Positions 10,449-20,644 of a stretch of DNA of 64,000 nucleotides are shown here, piece after piece. Made by a program: the position numbers and the translations under genes. The notes beneath the pieces were generated by a model. The model was not told the DNA's origin and did no database searches. It was given only the letters and a program-made list of their open reading frames with translations. The number at the start of each line of letters is the position of its first letter. The first letter of the stretch is position 1. Location: positions 1,850 through 65,849 of IMG/VR virus record IMGVR_UViG_3300041964_000029. The stretch is one strand, 5' to 3'. The DNA is from a virus. Its lineage: Duplodnaviria; Caudoviricetes.

Positions 10449-12413
10449 TTAATCAGGATCAACTATATCAGCCATATTTAATGGGTATAGTTTTTTGCGT
10501 CGTTCATCCACATTATTAATAATTCTCTGAGATACTTTAGAATCCCGATCATCATTTGCAGCAGAAACAATTCTACCAGTAATTATAATATTCTCATCTT
10601 TAGCGTCTTTTGTAGATGAATGTTTTTTATCATACGCTTTTTGCAATTCCTTAATTTCTTCCATATTTGTTTCATATAATCCACCAATAAAAGATTCTGG
10701 CATAGTAGCTAAATAAAGTTTTTTAGCTTCCATCAAATCATTTACACCAATGATGTATTTTTTTTCATCAAATTTTCCATCAATCCATTGATCGATAACA
10801 AAAATTTTATTGGATTCTAAATTAGTACCAATATAAACGTCAGCAGCCATTTTATCTGCTGCAATAGTTTTTTCAATATGACCATAAGCACCAAGTAACA
10901 TTTTCCCGTGACGCAACTGAAACGGAAAATATTGGATAGCAATATTTAAGCCATTCCATTTAATTTTTTTCTGTGCCCTAGTTGCATCGTCACTTGTGAA
11001 AGAGTCTTTAATGATTCCTGTCTGTGAGGCTCTTAAACCGTTGTTTGGTGTTTCAGGTGTCAATGCACCAACTTCAGGTTGAGAAGGCATTAAAGACGCT
11101 TTAATGGGTACCCTACCAGGAATCATAAGCGGTTGTTCAGGTACAACAATAACAGATCCTAGATCGACACCCTCTTTTAAGGATTTTGCAACGTCTACAG
11201 GTGTTACAGCTTGAGTACCAATATATATTTGGGCTGTTTCAGCTTTTGTTTTTTCTACTGCTGATCTTTCACTTTCAGTTAATTGTAAAATGCTGTGATG
11301 TTCTATTTCATATTTTTCACTATCTTCAATACTTAAACCTAGTAGAAGATAATCAATAAGTTTGTATAGATTTGGATTCCAATCTGATACTTTTTTAGTA
11401 TCAACATAATCTGCCCATTGTCTTTCATCACCACGATCAACACTTTCAGAATCCGATTTAGATCCTGATAATCCAGATTTAGAGGCAGAAGAATTAAATA
11501 ATTTTGTGTAAGGTGTATCAGTCCTAGAGGCTAAAACTTTTTTAATATGTTCAGCAGCATTGATCACACCATCATAATTAGTTGTTAAGTTACTTACCTC
11601 TTCACCCATCTGCAAGAGAAGAGTTTTATGTAAGTTCCAACTATAATTCATTTGTCTAGATCTTTCTGCCAGTTGATCTCGTCCTTTTTGTGTTTTGCTT
11701 AGTTCTGTTAACTCTGCAATTTTGATCACAATTCTACTAAACTTTTCAACAGTTGAGGCGATCGCTGTATCAGTACGATCTAGATTTTTTAACGCTTCAT
11801 AGCATCTAACTAATACCGATATACCCCAATATTTATTCCTTCGCCATTGTCTTTTAGTTAATGGTTTAATACCATAAAACGGTAATATTCTAGATGCATG
11901 AATTGGTTCATCTGTAAATTTCAAACGATAATATAAAGGTTTAAGATATGTTTTAGATTGAGGATTTTTGTCTATTGAATCTACTTTTAATTCACCTGTT
12001 GAACCACCTTCTAAAATTGTGTAATAAAGTGGATCTCTAGCATATAGTTCAATCGGTTCACTTAAAGAGCCTTTAGCACCGATCAAGATGCCAGATCCGC
12101 CAACTAACCTAGCAATTTTAGAGGCATCTATAAAATGTTGAATAATGTTATTAACTCGGTCTTGTAAATATCCATTTATTTCAGCGTTAGGATATTTAAT
12201 TGTTGGTTTGTTTTGCCCCATAGATTGAGGCAATAGATCGATAACATTTGCTGCAAATGTATTTGTATCATACAAAGATTCAAAAATTTCTGTATAACGA
12301 TTGTATCCGTTTAAGCTGGCAGATTCAGGTATACCGTAAGTTTCAGATCCTAAGCTTAAACCTCTAACCATATCTAGATAGTTAGAATCATTTTGCAATC
12401 CTGTATCAGTCAT
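10449..12413 (-). CDS. portal protein (DUF1073/HI1409-like) with C-terminal inorganic-pyrophosphatase-like domain
   Basis: ARLVGGSGIL, IHASRIL, YWGISVL, DTPYTKLF motifs; tail YGHI..T..D....DVYIG...IFVIDQ...FDEKK. Confidence 0.8.
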   Translation of the reverse strand: MTDTGLQNDSNYLDMVRGLSLGSETYGIPESASLNGYNRYTEIFESLYDTNTFAANVIDLLPQSMGQNKPTIKYPNAEINGYLQDRVNNIIQHFIDASKIARLVGGSGILIGAKGSLSEPIELYARDPLYYTILEGGSTGELKVDSIDKNPQSKTYLKPLYYRLKFTDEPIHASRILPFYGIKPLTKRQWRRNKYWGISVLVRCYEALKNLDRTDTAIASTVEKFSRIVIKIAELTELSKTQKGRDQLAERSRQMNYSWNLHKTLLLQMGEEVSNLTTNYDGVINAAEHIKKVLASRTDTPYTKLFNSSASKSGLSGSKSDSESVDRGDERQWADYVDTKKVSDWNPNLYKLIDYLLLGLSIEDSEKYEIEHHSILQLTESERSAVEKTKAETAQIYIGTQAVTPVDVAKSLKEGVDLGSVIVVPEQPLMIPGRVPIKASLMPSQPEVGALTPETPNNGLRASQTGIIKDSFTSDDATRAQKKIKWNGLNIAIQYFPFQLRHGKMLLGAYGHIEKTIAADKMAADVYIGTNLESNKIFVIDQWIDGKFDEKKYIIGVNDLMEAKKLYLATMPESFIGGLYETNMEEIKELQKAYDKKHSSTKDAKDENIIITGRIVSAANDDRDSKVSQRIINNVDERRKKLYPLNMADIVDPD

Positions 12414-12601
12414 ACTTTTTTAATATCTAATGTTTTACAAATGAGTATTAATAATTGCGGGTTAATCCCTCTCTCACCACGTTCTATTCGTGTAATCAAG
12501 CTAGGATGAACATTTGTTTTTATAGCTAGGTAATATCGTGTATAGCTGCATTTTAAGCGATGCATTCTAACAACTTCACCTAAGTCTTTTCTACCTGTCA
12601 T
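12410..12601 (-). CDS. XRE-family HTH regulator
   Basis: LAIKTNVHPSLITRIERGERG HTH pattern; overlaps the portal start (ATGA). Confidence 0.75.
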   Translation of the reverse strand: MTGRKDLGEVVRMHRLKCSYTRYYLAIKTNVHPSLITRIERGERGINPQLLILICKTLDIKKV

Positions 12602-12682
12602 CTTTCAACAACATTAACTATAATTATTGTTCGCCATCAAACTATAAGTATATCATATAATTAAATCATTTGAATTTCTATT

Positions 12683-12724
12683 AACATATTGGCAATAAAT
12701 AAGCAACATATTGGCAATAAATAA
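12683..12724. promoter_or_regulatory. tandem 20-bp direct repeat (operator candidate) in a divergent promoter region
   Basis: aacatattggcaataaataa x2 with 22-bp period; each copy contains TATTG-G-CAATA. Confidence 0.55.
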
Positions 12725-12760
12725 ACATAAAATTTATAATATCAATGCGATAATAATGAT

Positions 12761-14134
12761 ATGGGAAACTTAGAAGAAAGTATATCTTTTTGTGTTGATC
12801 GCAATAGCGGATTGGCTTTACCAGCAAATCAGCCATATCGACATGAACAGGGGCACCTCCGAGTAGATGCCAACGTTACTATTGCTAGTGTATTAGACTA
12901 CTACACAGCAGATGGAAAAAAGTTGTCAGTACTTAGACACCCTGATCAGGTATTCCATCCGTTAAGCTTGCAGAGTCTTACAGGTTTACCCATCACAATC
13001 AGTCATCCTATGGAGAATGACAATTATGTGATGGTAACACCAGAAAACTTTAGAAAGTATGGTCATGGTGTTACTGGTGATGAAGTAGAAGATATTACTT
13101 TAACAAGTCCCTATGTACGCATCAAAGGACTAAACTTTCAAACTAAAGACTCTTTAACAGTTCTTAAACAAGGTAATAAAGAACTTTCACCAGGGTATTT
13201 TATTAAGCGTATTCCTGAAGATGGAATATTCGATAATACTAAATACACTCATAGACAATACGGTTATAACGTTGATTCTTTGGAGCCACAAGATCACATA
13301 ACATACAACCATTTAGCCGTGATGGATGTTGGCGAAAATGGAAGATCAGGCAATACTGTAAAGGTTCTCAATCTTGATAGTGCTGATGTTTTGATTTCTA
13401 CAGGAGAAATCAAAAAAGAACATCACACAAAATACTATGATATGGCTGCTGCAAACATAACAAAGGATTCTAAAAAAATGAAACGATCTATTACTGTTGA
13501 TCTAAAAGGTGTTCAAAATAATTATGAAGTAGATGAAGCTGGTCTAATTTCAATACCTGAAGATCATATAAATCAATTGTTGGCATTAGTGCAAGAATTG
13601 AAAGCAGCAGCAGATCAAACAAAGATGGAAGATCCTATGATGCCTATTGTTAAATCTACAGGATTTGACAGTGTACAGGCTGTATGTGATGGTTATAACA
13701 GTTTGAAAGGACAAGTGGAAGTGTTAAAAACTGAAGCTGCAAAAGCGCCAACAGTTGATACTGTTACAGTAGATACTAAAGTTATTAATTCTAGATTATC
13801 TCTAATTTTAGATGGTTTAGATTTGATTCCTGATGCAACTAAAGAGTCTTTAATTGCGATGGATTCAAGAGAAATCCAAGAGCAAGTTATTAAGGAATGG
13901 AAAAAAGATATTTTGCTTGAAGGTTTACCGGATGCCACAGTTGATGGAATGTACAGTGTGGCAAAAACCATTCTAGATACTGTTGATGGGAAGACAAAAG
14001 ATGCAGCAGATTCTATTAGTTTGAACGCTGATAGCCAAGCTAATCGTGGATCATCTAGTGATACAAATATGAGCATTCGTGATGCCAGAATTAAAGGACG
14101 TAACCGGAATAAAAAAGTTACAAAAACCGCTTAA
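12761..14134 (+). CDS. DUF2213-like prohead protease/scaffold
   Basis: LRHPDQVF..SL.SL.GLPITISHP, KELSPGY, YNHLAV...GRSG; coiled-coil scaffold tail. Confidence 0.85.
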   Translation: MGNLEESISFCVDRNSGLALPANQPYRHEQGHLRVDANVTIASVLDYYTADGKKLSVLRHPDQVFHPLSLQSLTGLPITISHPMENDNYVMVTPENFRKYGHGVTGDEVEDITLTSPYVRIKGLNFQTKDSLTVLKQGNKELSPGYFIKRIPEDGIFDNTKYTHRQYGYNVDSLEPQDHITYNHLAVMDVGENGRSGNTVKVLNLDSADVLISTGEIKKEHHTKYYDMAAANITKDSKKMKRSITVDLKGVQNNYEVDEAGLISIPEDHINQLLALVQELKAAADQTKMEDPMMPIVKSTGFDSVQAVCDGYNSLKGQVEVLKTEAAKAPTVDTVTVDTKVINSRLSLILDGLDLIPDATKESLIAMDSREIQEQVIKEWKKDILLEGLPDATVDGMYSVAKTILDTVDGKTKDAADSISLNADSQANRGSSSDTNMSIRDARIKGRNRNKKVTKTA

Positions 14135-14202
14135 AGAGTCTTTAATTCTCTTCCATATTCACCGCTTTTAATTTCTGAAAATTCCATCATTGGTAGTTAA
14201 AA

Positions 14203-15036
14203 ATGTACTCAAGTTATCTTAATGCTTCTCCTACTGGTGCTACACCAGACTTAATCGAAGGACTGTTAATGCTTCATGAGCATTTTCTAATTGATACTAT
14301 TCCTAATGTAGGTAATTCATCACCACAAGCTTTAGTTGTTACTCCTAGCGTAGCTGTACAGGAAGCTACTATGTATCGCTTAACTGAGATGACTACCGGA
14401 CAAAGTATTAAGTATCAATCAGACGCTAATCCTAGCGCTACTGAAGTTGTAGCAGGATTGATCGCAGCTTGGAATGCTAACAGCATCTTAAATGGGTTAG
14501 GTACTGCAAAAGGCACAAACACTTTAGAAGTATCAGTTAGAGGCTTTGTAAGCGGTATTAGGCTTGAATTAGTGGATGGTGGATCTACACCGACTAATCA
14601 ACTAACAGTTACAAACAATGCAGCTAAAGGTGCTGAACGTTTGAAATTCGGTAGAGGCTTAGTAGTTGGCGAAGATGGTAAGCCAAAATTGCCTACTGGT
14701 GCAATTGATGACACTACGCTGAAATTTGCTGGATGCACTACGATTAATCTTGCTGATTATGTTTCTGAACCTGCTTTTACGACGCTTGAAGTTAACGGCT
14801 ACTACACAGCCAATCAAGCTGTAGGACGTTTGAAAACTGGGCAAATTTGCGTTAAATCCCCTACACCTGTTAACCCAACTTTACCTGTATTTCTATCCTA
14901 CGATGTAGCAAATGGAACACAGGGAACATTCAGATCAACGGCTGCACCAAACTACAGTCAATTACCTATGGAGAAAGCTTGTTGGGCAAAAAATAATTCC
15001 GCTGGATTGGTGCTATTGAATATTGACGTTCTTTAA
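14203..15036 (+). CDS. head decoration/cement protein
   Basis: Between protease and capsid; LKFGRGLV, G.ICV motifs. Confidence 0.6.
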   Translation: MYSSYLNASPTGATPDLIEGLLMLHEHFLIDTIPNVGNSSPQALVVTPSVAVQEATMYRLTEMTTGQSIKYQSDANPSATEVVAGLIAAWNANSILNGLGTAKGTNTLEVSVRGFVSGIRLELVDGGSTPTNQLTVTNNAAKGAERLKFGRGLVVGEDGKPKLPTGAIDDTTLKFAGCTTINLADYVSEPAFTTLEVNGYYTANQAVGRLKTGQICVKSPTPVNPTLPVFLSYDVANGTQGTFRSTAAPNYSQLPMEKACWAKNNSAGLVLLNIDVL

Positions 15037-15094
15037 TTAATTAAAGAGTCTTTAATAACGCTTCTAAAACCTTCAATATTTACCAGGAATCATA

Positions 15095-16108
15095 ATGACT
15101 ACTCGCAAAAAAAATAATTCACAACGTTCAGCAGAACAACCAACAGTAGATGCCGATTTAGCTGTATTTGCTAGAAATGATCTTACTAGAAGCTTAGTTA
15201 AAGCTGCAATGAAACCTCACCCACGATTAAAAATCGCTAGTGGTGAAATTATGCCTGTAGTAGTAATGCAGGGTTACGAATGGGAAAATACTATTGAAAT
15301 TTTAGAGTATGATTCTTTTGGAATTGCAACGGTTATTGCCCCTAACGCAAACGACGGAGGAAGGGTTGGCATTTTTGCCAACCGGATGCAATATCCAATC
15401 AGAACTATTTCTGATTTTACTCAAATTACATGGTTAGAAATCCAACAGGCAAAAAATCGCGGTACAAATATTAGTAGCCGCTACGCAACAGCACTTGTTC
15501 ACGGGATGGACAAGAAAATAAACAGTGTAGGCTATTACGGTGATACTGATTATGGTCTGCAAGGTCTGTTAACAAGTCAATTGGGAAGAGTTAACTTCTC
15601 TACACCGTTAGCGCTTGCACCTTCACCGGATGCCATGCTTGCCATGCTAACAAATATTGTTAGCTTGCCAATCGCTAACTCTAATAGTTTATGGACACCT
15701 AAAATTTTGGTGATGCCAGAAGCACCGCATCAGATTTTAGGTTCAACAATGCGAGCAGGATCAGATAAAACCATTTTGTCTCAATTCTTAGAAAATCAAG
15801 CTGCAATGGGTCAAATTGAAGAAATTATCGTAGATAATTCTTTAGTTGGTAAGGGTGAAAATGGCACGGATGCCATGTTAGTTTTGCCTTATGATCGTGA
15901 ACCTGACAGCGATGATTATGATATTGATGAAACTGAAGATGATGACGCTTTGAAGTATCCAATCTTTTTTGCCATTGCTAAAGAAATGGAGATCCCGGAC
16001 GAATTTCAACAATGGACTGATATGATGTATCAGGAAAGAGCGATCGCCCGAATTGGTGGAGTGATTGTTACTGATCCTACTTGCGGTGTAATTGCTAGTA
16101 ACGTTTAA
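15095..16108 (+). CDS. major capsid protein (DUF2184-like, HK97 fold)
   Basis: YDSFGIA, GYYGDTDYGLQGLL, RIGGVIV..P motifs; head operon position. Confidence 0.8.
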   Translation: MTTRKKNNSQRSAEQPTVDADLAVFARNDLTRSLVKAAMKPHPRLKIASGEIMPVVVMQGYEWENTIEILEYDSFGIATVIAPNANDGGRVGIFANRMQYPIRTISDFTQITWLEIQQAKNRGTNISSRYATALVHGMDKKINSVGYYGDTDYGLQGLLTSQLGRVNFSTPLALAPSPDAMLAMLTNIVSLPIANSNSLWTPKILVMPEAPHQILGSTMRAGSDKTILSQFLENQAAMGQIEEIIVDNSLVGKGENGTDAMLVLPYDREPDSDDYDIDETEDDDALKYPIFFAIAKEMEIPDEFQQWTDMMYQERAIARIGGVIVTDPTCGVIASNV

Positions 16109-16132
16109 TAAATCATTAAAGAGTCTTTAACT

Positions 16133-16798
16133 ATGGCTACACCAATACTAACAGTTGAAAAACTAAAAAAAGATCAGCCTAAAATTGAAGCTGATTATTG
16201 TGCTTTAATTTTTACACCAGGAAGAATTAAGGCTGCATCCGGTCTAATGGATTCTGACCTAACAGGAATCAGCCAACGTCAGTTAATGCGATGTGGTCAA
16301 TACTTCCAGTTAATGCAAGATACAGAAAACCTAAAAGATGGTGAAGCTGTACAGATTGAATCTTTCTTTGTTCATCCTGGTGCCAATCTTGGTATCCATC
16401 GTATGACAGTAGATGATACCGAAGAAATTAAACACCTGAAAATAGTTGATTGGAAAAAAATATGCATGAATAAGATCAATCAATCTTATCTCATGTATAA
16501 CGATCCATTTTTTCCATCTGAACAACCTAACGAAGTTGATTTTAATTTTGGAATGGTTAAACAATCCGACGTTAGACATAACGCTATTGAAGTTTTGATT
16601 CCGGTTCAGCCAGATGATTATGAACCAGGATACCGCAATTTTAGCGATCTAGATGCTGTTAAGCTTGTAAAGGCTACAATGCATGAATCTTGGATCGAAC
16701 GTGCCATGATGGGCGAAAAACGACCACATATAGCATCATTAGCCGAAAAGCAGAAAGAGCAAATTTTAGCAATCAGAAAGCGCAAATTAAACGGATAA
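16133..16798 (+). CDS. hypothetical protein
   Basis: 221-aa ORF in the head operon. Confidence 0.7.
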   Translation: MATPILTVEKLKKDQPKIEADYCALIFTPGRIKAASGLMDSDLTGISQRQLMRCGQYFQLMQDTENLKDGEAVQIESFFVHPGANLGIHRMTVDDTEEIKHLKIVDWKKICMNKINQSYLMYNDPFFPSEQPNEVDFNFGMVKQSDVRHNAIEVLIPVQPDDYEPGYRNFSDLDAVKLVKATMHESWIERAMMGEKRPHIASLAEKQKEQILAIRKRKLNG

Positions 16799-16802
16799 TT
16801 TT

Positions 16803-17198
16803 ATGGCTGATCCTGTTACACCAGCGATAATTAAAAGACGGTATCCAAGCTTATATGATCGTTTACCAAAAAATGCTGCAAATGAGTTTATTAATGAGCT
16901 AATTTTAGAAGCTTATAAACTCATAGATCCGACAATTTTTGGCGATAGTTATTCGATCGCTGTTAGGCTTTATGTTGCTTCTAATATACATAAAGAAGTT
17001 AACAGAGCAGCCGTAAAAACTGGTGTATCAGGTGTCATCACTTCCAGAACAGTATCAGGACAATACAGTGTAAGTTATGCAAATGGTAATGCCGCAAAAG
17101 CAGCACCATTAAACCATATTGATAATGAATTAAATGAATACGATCTAGAATTAGAACGGTTGTACAGACTCTTTAACGTTCCATTTATGATCCTATGA
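16803..17198 (+). CDS. head-tail adaptor (DUF4054-like)
   Basis: RRYP, AVRLYVA, GVITSRTVSGQYSVSY pattern. Confidence 0.65.
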   Translation: MADPVTPAIIKRRYPSLYDRLPKNAANEFINELILEAYKLIDPTIFGDSYSIAVRLYVASNIHKEVNRAAVKTGVSGVITSRTVSGQYSVSYANGNAAKAAPLNHIDNELNEYDLELERLYRLFNVPFMIL

Positions 17199-17686
17199 AG
17201 TGTGCAACATATCATTTAATTGATAGTGATCTAGGCTGCAAATCATTACAAATAGGATCAGCGTTTGGTGTTAGTCCTTTTAGCAATGGTTTACAGCTAT
17301 TTATTAAAGATATTGATCTAACAGGTTCTCAATTTATTGGTAATGTCAGAAAAAATTATGCAAGTGTTGAAAATAATGTAATGGCATCTTTCACATTTTC
17401 AACAATCGTTTATGAGCCTAAATTAATTAACGGTGTTTCTGTTAATGGCTCAAAATCTAGTATGAGTATGTCAACAATAGAGGCAAAAAAATTAATTTTA
17501 CCGGATGAACCATTCCCAATAATTACAAATTTAGCTAAACAATTACAGAAATTTTTAGAAGATGGAACAATAAAAATTGGTGTAAATTGCTGGATTTATG
17601 AAGTCAAATTAATTAACAATGGTGAAGTATATCCTATTGTTAAACCATCATTAGTACAAGTTAATGATGCTGTTGTAATTATATGA
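17195..17686 (+). CDS. virion structural protein (BppU N-terminal-like)
   Basis: IDLTG...GNVRK and WIYEVKL motifs. Confidence 0.45.
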   Translation: MKCATYHLIDSDLGCKSLQIGSAFGVSPFSNGLQLFIKDIDLTGSQFIGNVRKNYASVENNVMASFTFSTIVYEPKLINGVSVNGSKSSMSMSTIEAKKLILPDEPFPIITNLAKQLQKFLEDGTIKIGVNCWIYEVKLINNGEVYPIVKPSLVQVNDAVVII

Positions 17687-18243
17687 GCGATCTAATAATT
17701 ACGGATAATGATTCAATCACAATATTGAACAATTCAATAGTATTTAATATTGAAGATAATCCGACAGATTTAATCATTGGATCTACAAATAATGATTTAG
17801 TTCTCAATATTGAAAATAATAATTTTGATATTGAAAATTCAATTATAGAAATATCTTTAAGTGAATCTGAAACAATTGATCTAACATTATCACCCATAGG
17901 TATTAAAGGCGATAAAGGTGATATAGGATCGAGTTTTTTTAAGTATGGTTTTAGTTATGGAGATGCATCTCCAATCATTATTTTTAGCAATTTTTCAGGA
18001 CTAATTAAAAATGTTGAATTAGTTATTTTTCAATCTTTCAATGGTGATAATCATTTAATAACTGTAGGTGATTCCTCTGATTATCAAAAGTTGTTTTCAT
18101 CACAGTTCATTAGTCTTAAAGAGTCTTTAACGATTGAGAATAATAACCCTACAAATTATGTAATACCTACGAATATTTATTTATCAATCACACCAGGAAT
18201 CAACGCAACAACCGGATCAGGTTTTATCATTATTGAGGTTTGA
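17683..18243 (+). CDS. virion fibre/appendage protein with a short collagen-like stretch
   Basis: GIKGDKGDIG; C-terminal domain resembles that of 18247-18936. Confidence 0.55.
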   Translation: MSDLIITDNDSITILNNSIVFNIEDNPTDLIIGSTNNDLVLNIENNNFDIENSIIEISLSESETIDLTLSPIGIKGDKGDIGSSFFKYGFSYGDASPIIIFSNFSGLIKNVELVIFQSFNGDNHLITVGDSSDYQKLFSSQFISLKESLTIENNNPTNYVIPTNIYLSITPGINATTGSGFIIIEV

Positions 18244-18246
18244 TTA

Positions 18247-18936
18247 ATGTCTAAGATTATTGACGCATTAGGAACATTATTAACTAAATTTCAAATTGGC
18301 ATTGGTGGAGTAAATCTTAAAAATAATTCTGGTAATTTATTAGTTAGAAATTCGGCTGATAATGCTGATGCGGCTTTAACAGCATCGCAGCTAAATAATA
18401 GCGGTGATGTAATTGTTATCAACTCGGATGCTGCTGCTACAGGTGCGGATTGGTCTGTAACATTTGGAAGACCATCATCCGGTATGACAGGCAACACAGC
18501 TTTTAGACTTCCACCAAATAACGGTACTGCTGCATTTGTTTTGCAAACAGATGGATCAGGCAATACAAGTTGGATTGCTAACGCTGGTGCAACCAATCAG
18601 GGTGTTACAGACACCACAGCATTAGTATTTGGTAGTACATCCCCTATAGCGATGTTTACCCTACCAGCTAACGCTTCTATAAAAGCTGTTAGGGTAATTG
18701 TAGATACCGCTTTTAATGGTACACCATCAATTTCTGTTGGTATAGCTGGAACAACTTCTAAATATGTTGCCTCTACTCAAGTTGATTTATTAGATGTTGC
18801 AGGGGCAAAAATTTATGAAATTTACCCTAATACTATTCCGGTTAATAATGCTGAGAATTTAATTATTACTTATGCTGCTAATGGTGCAACTGTCGGAGCC
18901 GCTAGAGTGCAAGTAGACTACGTTATACCTAGTTAA
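18247..18936 (+). CDS. virion fibre/appendage protein
   Basis: LPPNNGTAAFVLQTDGSGNTSW fibre repeat motif. Confidence 0.65.
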   Translation: MSKIIDALGTLLTKFQIGIGGVNLKNNSGNLLVRNSADNADAALTASQLNNSGDVIVINSDAAATGADWSVTFGRPSSGMTGNTAFRLPPNNGTAAFVLQTDGSGNTSWIANAGATNQGVTDTTALVFGSTSPIAMFTLPANASIKAVRVIVDTAFNGTPSISVGIAGTTSKYVASTQVDLLDVAGAKIYEIYPNTIPVNNAENLIITYAANGATVGAARVQVDYVIPS

Positions 18937-18939
18937 ATA

Positions 18940-20106
18940 ATGAGCAAATTTGGTGATTTTTTAGGCTCAATTAATAACAGTTTTCAAATCGGAATTGGAT
19001 CTTCTGCCTCTAGTTTGAGGCAGATTTTATTCCGTAATGGTTTTAATAGTTCTCTCAACTGGACACCAACAGCAGCAAGAAACATTAAACTACCAGACAG
19101 ATCCGGATCAATCATATTAGATGATGATTCAAATTTTAGAAATAGGATTATTGGTGGCAATTTTGACACTAACCCATTTCAGAGAGGTTTAACAGTAACT
19201 ACTACTGCTAGCACATATCTAGCAGATAGATGGATTGCTACAACGACAGTAGCAAGATCTATGAGAACATCCAGAGTTTTAGATGCTCCTGCTTTTTTCC
19301 AGTCTGGAATGTTTACAGAGTATTGTTTAGAATATGCATATCTAGGTAGTCCAGCAACAATTCAAAGCGGTGATGCTACAGGCTTAAGGCATTGTATAGA
19401 AGGATTTTATGCAAAATATTTAATGCAAAAACCTTTTATAGTTTCATTTTGGGTTAAGTCTTCAAAAACTGGGATCTATGCTATATCTGCTAGGAATGGT
19501 GCAACAGCAACGGATCGATCATGCGTTATTGAATATACAATATCTATTGCTAATAAATGGGAATATAAAAATATAGTTTTTCCTAGTTCTCCATCGTTAG
19601 GTGATTGGAATTATACAAACGGATCAGGATTATTTTTAACTTGGCAATTAGCAACCGGATCAACTTTTATAACATCAACTCTCAATAGCTGGATCACTGG
19701 TAATTTTGTAGCATCTCCTAATTGTGTTAATTGGTTAGATACAACAAACGCATATTTTAGAATTGCATTAGTTCAATGTGAAGCAGGATCAGAAGCAACA
19801 ATATTCGAAGAAAGAAGCGCCATAAAAGAGTTTTCAATCTGCCAGAGATACTATCATGAGATGCATTTATCGCAACGATTCGCGGCAACAGCATCCGGAC
19901 AATTTTCTAGTTCTACTATTATTTTTCCTGTTGCAATGCGATCAACTCCAACAGCAATATTATTAAATGCCCCACAACGGGTTAATTTATCGGCTGTAAA
20001 TATTGGTGCTACTAATTCACAATATGGACGATATGAAATACAAGCTAATGCAAGCGGAGATGCTTATGCATTATTTGATCGGTTTTCCTTTAATGCTGAG
20101 ATCTAA
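18940..20106 (+). CDS. tail fibre / receptor-binding protein
   Basis: FRNRIIGGNF...QRG, ADRW, VQCEAG..AT.FE.R....E...CQRYY pattern of phage fibre carbohydrate-binding modules. Confidence 0.75.
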   Translation: MSKFGDFLGSINNSFQIGIGSSASSLRQILFRNGFNSSLNWTPTAARNIKLPDRSGSIILDDDSNFRNRIIGGNFDTNPFQRGLTVTTTASTYLADRWIATTTVARSMRTSRVLDAPAFFQSGMFTEYCLEYAYLGSPATIQSGDATGLRHCIEGFYAKYLMQKPFIVSFWVKSSKTGIYAISARNGATATDRSCVIEYTISIANKWEYKNIVFPSSPSLGDWNYTNGSGLFLTWQLATGSTFITSTLNSWITGNFVASPNCVNWLDTTNAYFRIALVQCEAGSEATIFEERSAIKEFSICQRYYHEMHLSQRFAATASGQFSSSTIIFPVAMRSTPTAILLNAPQRVNLSAVNIGATNSQYGRYEIQANASGDAYALFDRFSFNAEI

Positions 20107-20108
20107 AA

Positions 20109-20540
20109 ATGTATATTGAATTATCAAACGGTTTTATAAAATTAGGCGATTCTATTATCCCTGATGATGTAAATAATAACGACTATCGAAAATATTTAGA
20201 ATGGTTAAACGCTGGTAACGTTCCACAAGTTGAAATTATTGAACCGATAGAAGACAATCCTAAATGGAATGAATTTAGATCGTTAATGTTAAACGATCAG
20301 GATTACCAATTCATGCTAATTAGTGTAATGTCTCCTACCTATGGCGGATTAGGGAATTGGCTAGGCACTACGATGCAGCAAATAATTAGTATGCCAGATC
20401 CCTCTATAAGCCTTTTAAAGCCTCTATGGAATCAAATTGTAAGCATTCATCAACCTAAAGCAGAAAGAGTCTTAAAATGGCAAGAATACGCCAATCAGAC
20501 AAAGGTGCCTATAACATTTAATTCAAATGGTTCAATATGA
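20109..20540 (+). CDS. tail fibre assembly chaperone-like protein
   Basis: IPDD..N.DY..YLEW...GN.P motif; follows the fibre gene. Confidence 0.65.
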   Translation: MYIELSNGFIKLGDSIIPDDVNNNDYRKYLEWLNAGNVPQVEIIEPIEDNPKWNEFRSLMLNDQDYQFMLISVMSPTYGGLGNWLGTTMQQIISMPDPSISLLKPLWNQIVSIHQPKAERVLKWQEYANQTKVPITFNSNGSI

Positions 20541-20644
20541 TTCCTGTGTTAAAGAGTCTTTAATAAATAACAAGGAATCAAATTAAAATATAGTTAAAAC
20601 TTATGTTATAATTAGCATAAGTTGATAAAATCTCATGTTTAATT

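Noticed and set aside
18940-20540. Diversity-generating retroelement acting on the fibre gene
   Set aside because: No reverse transcriptase and no template/variable repeat pair were seen in the window.
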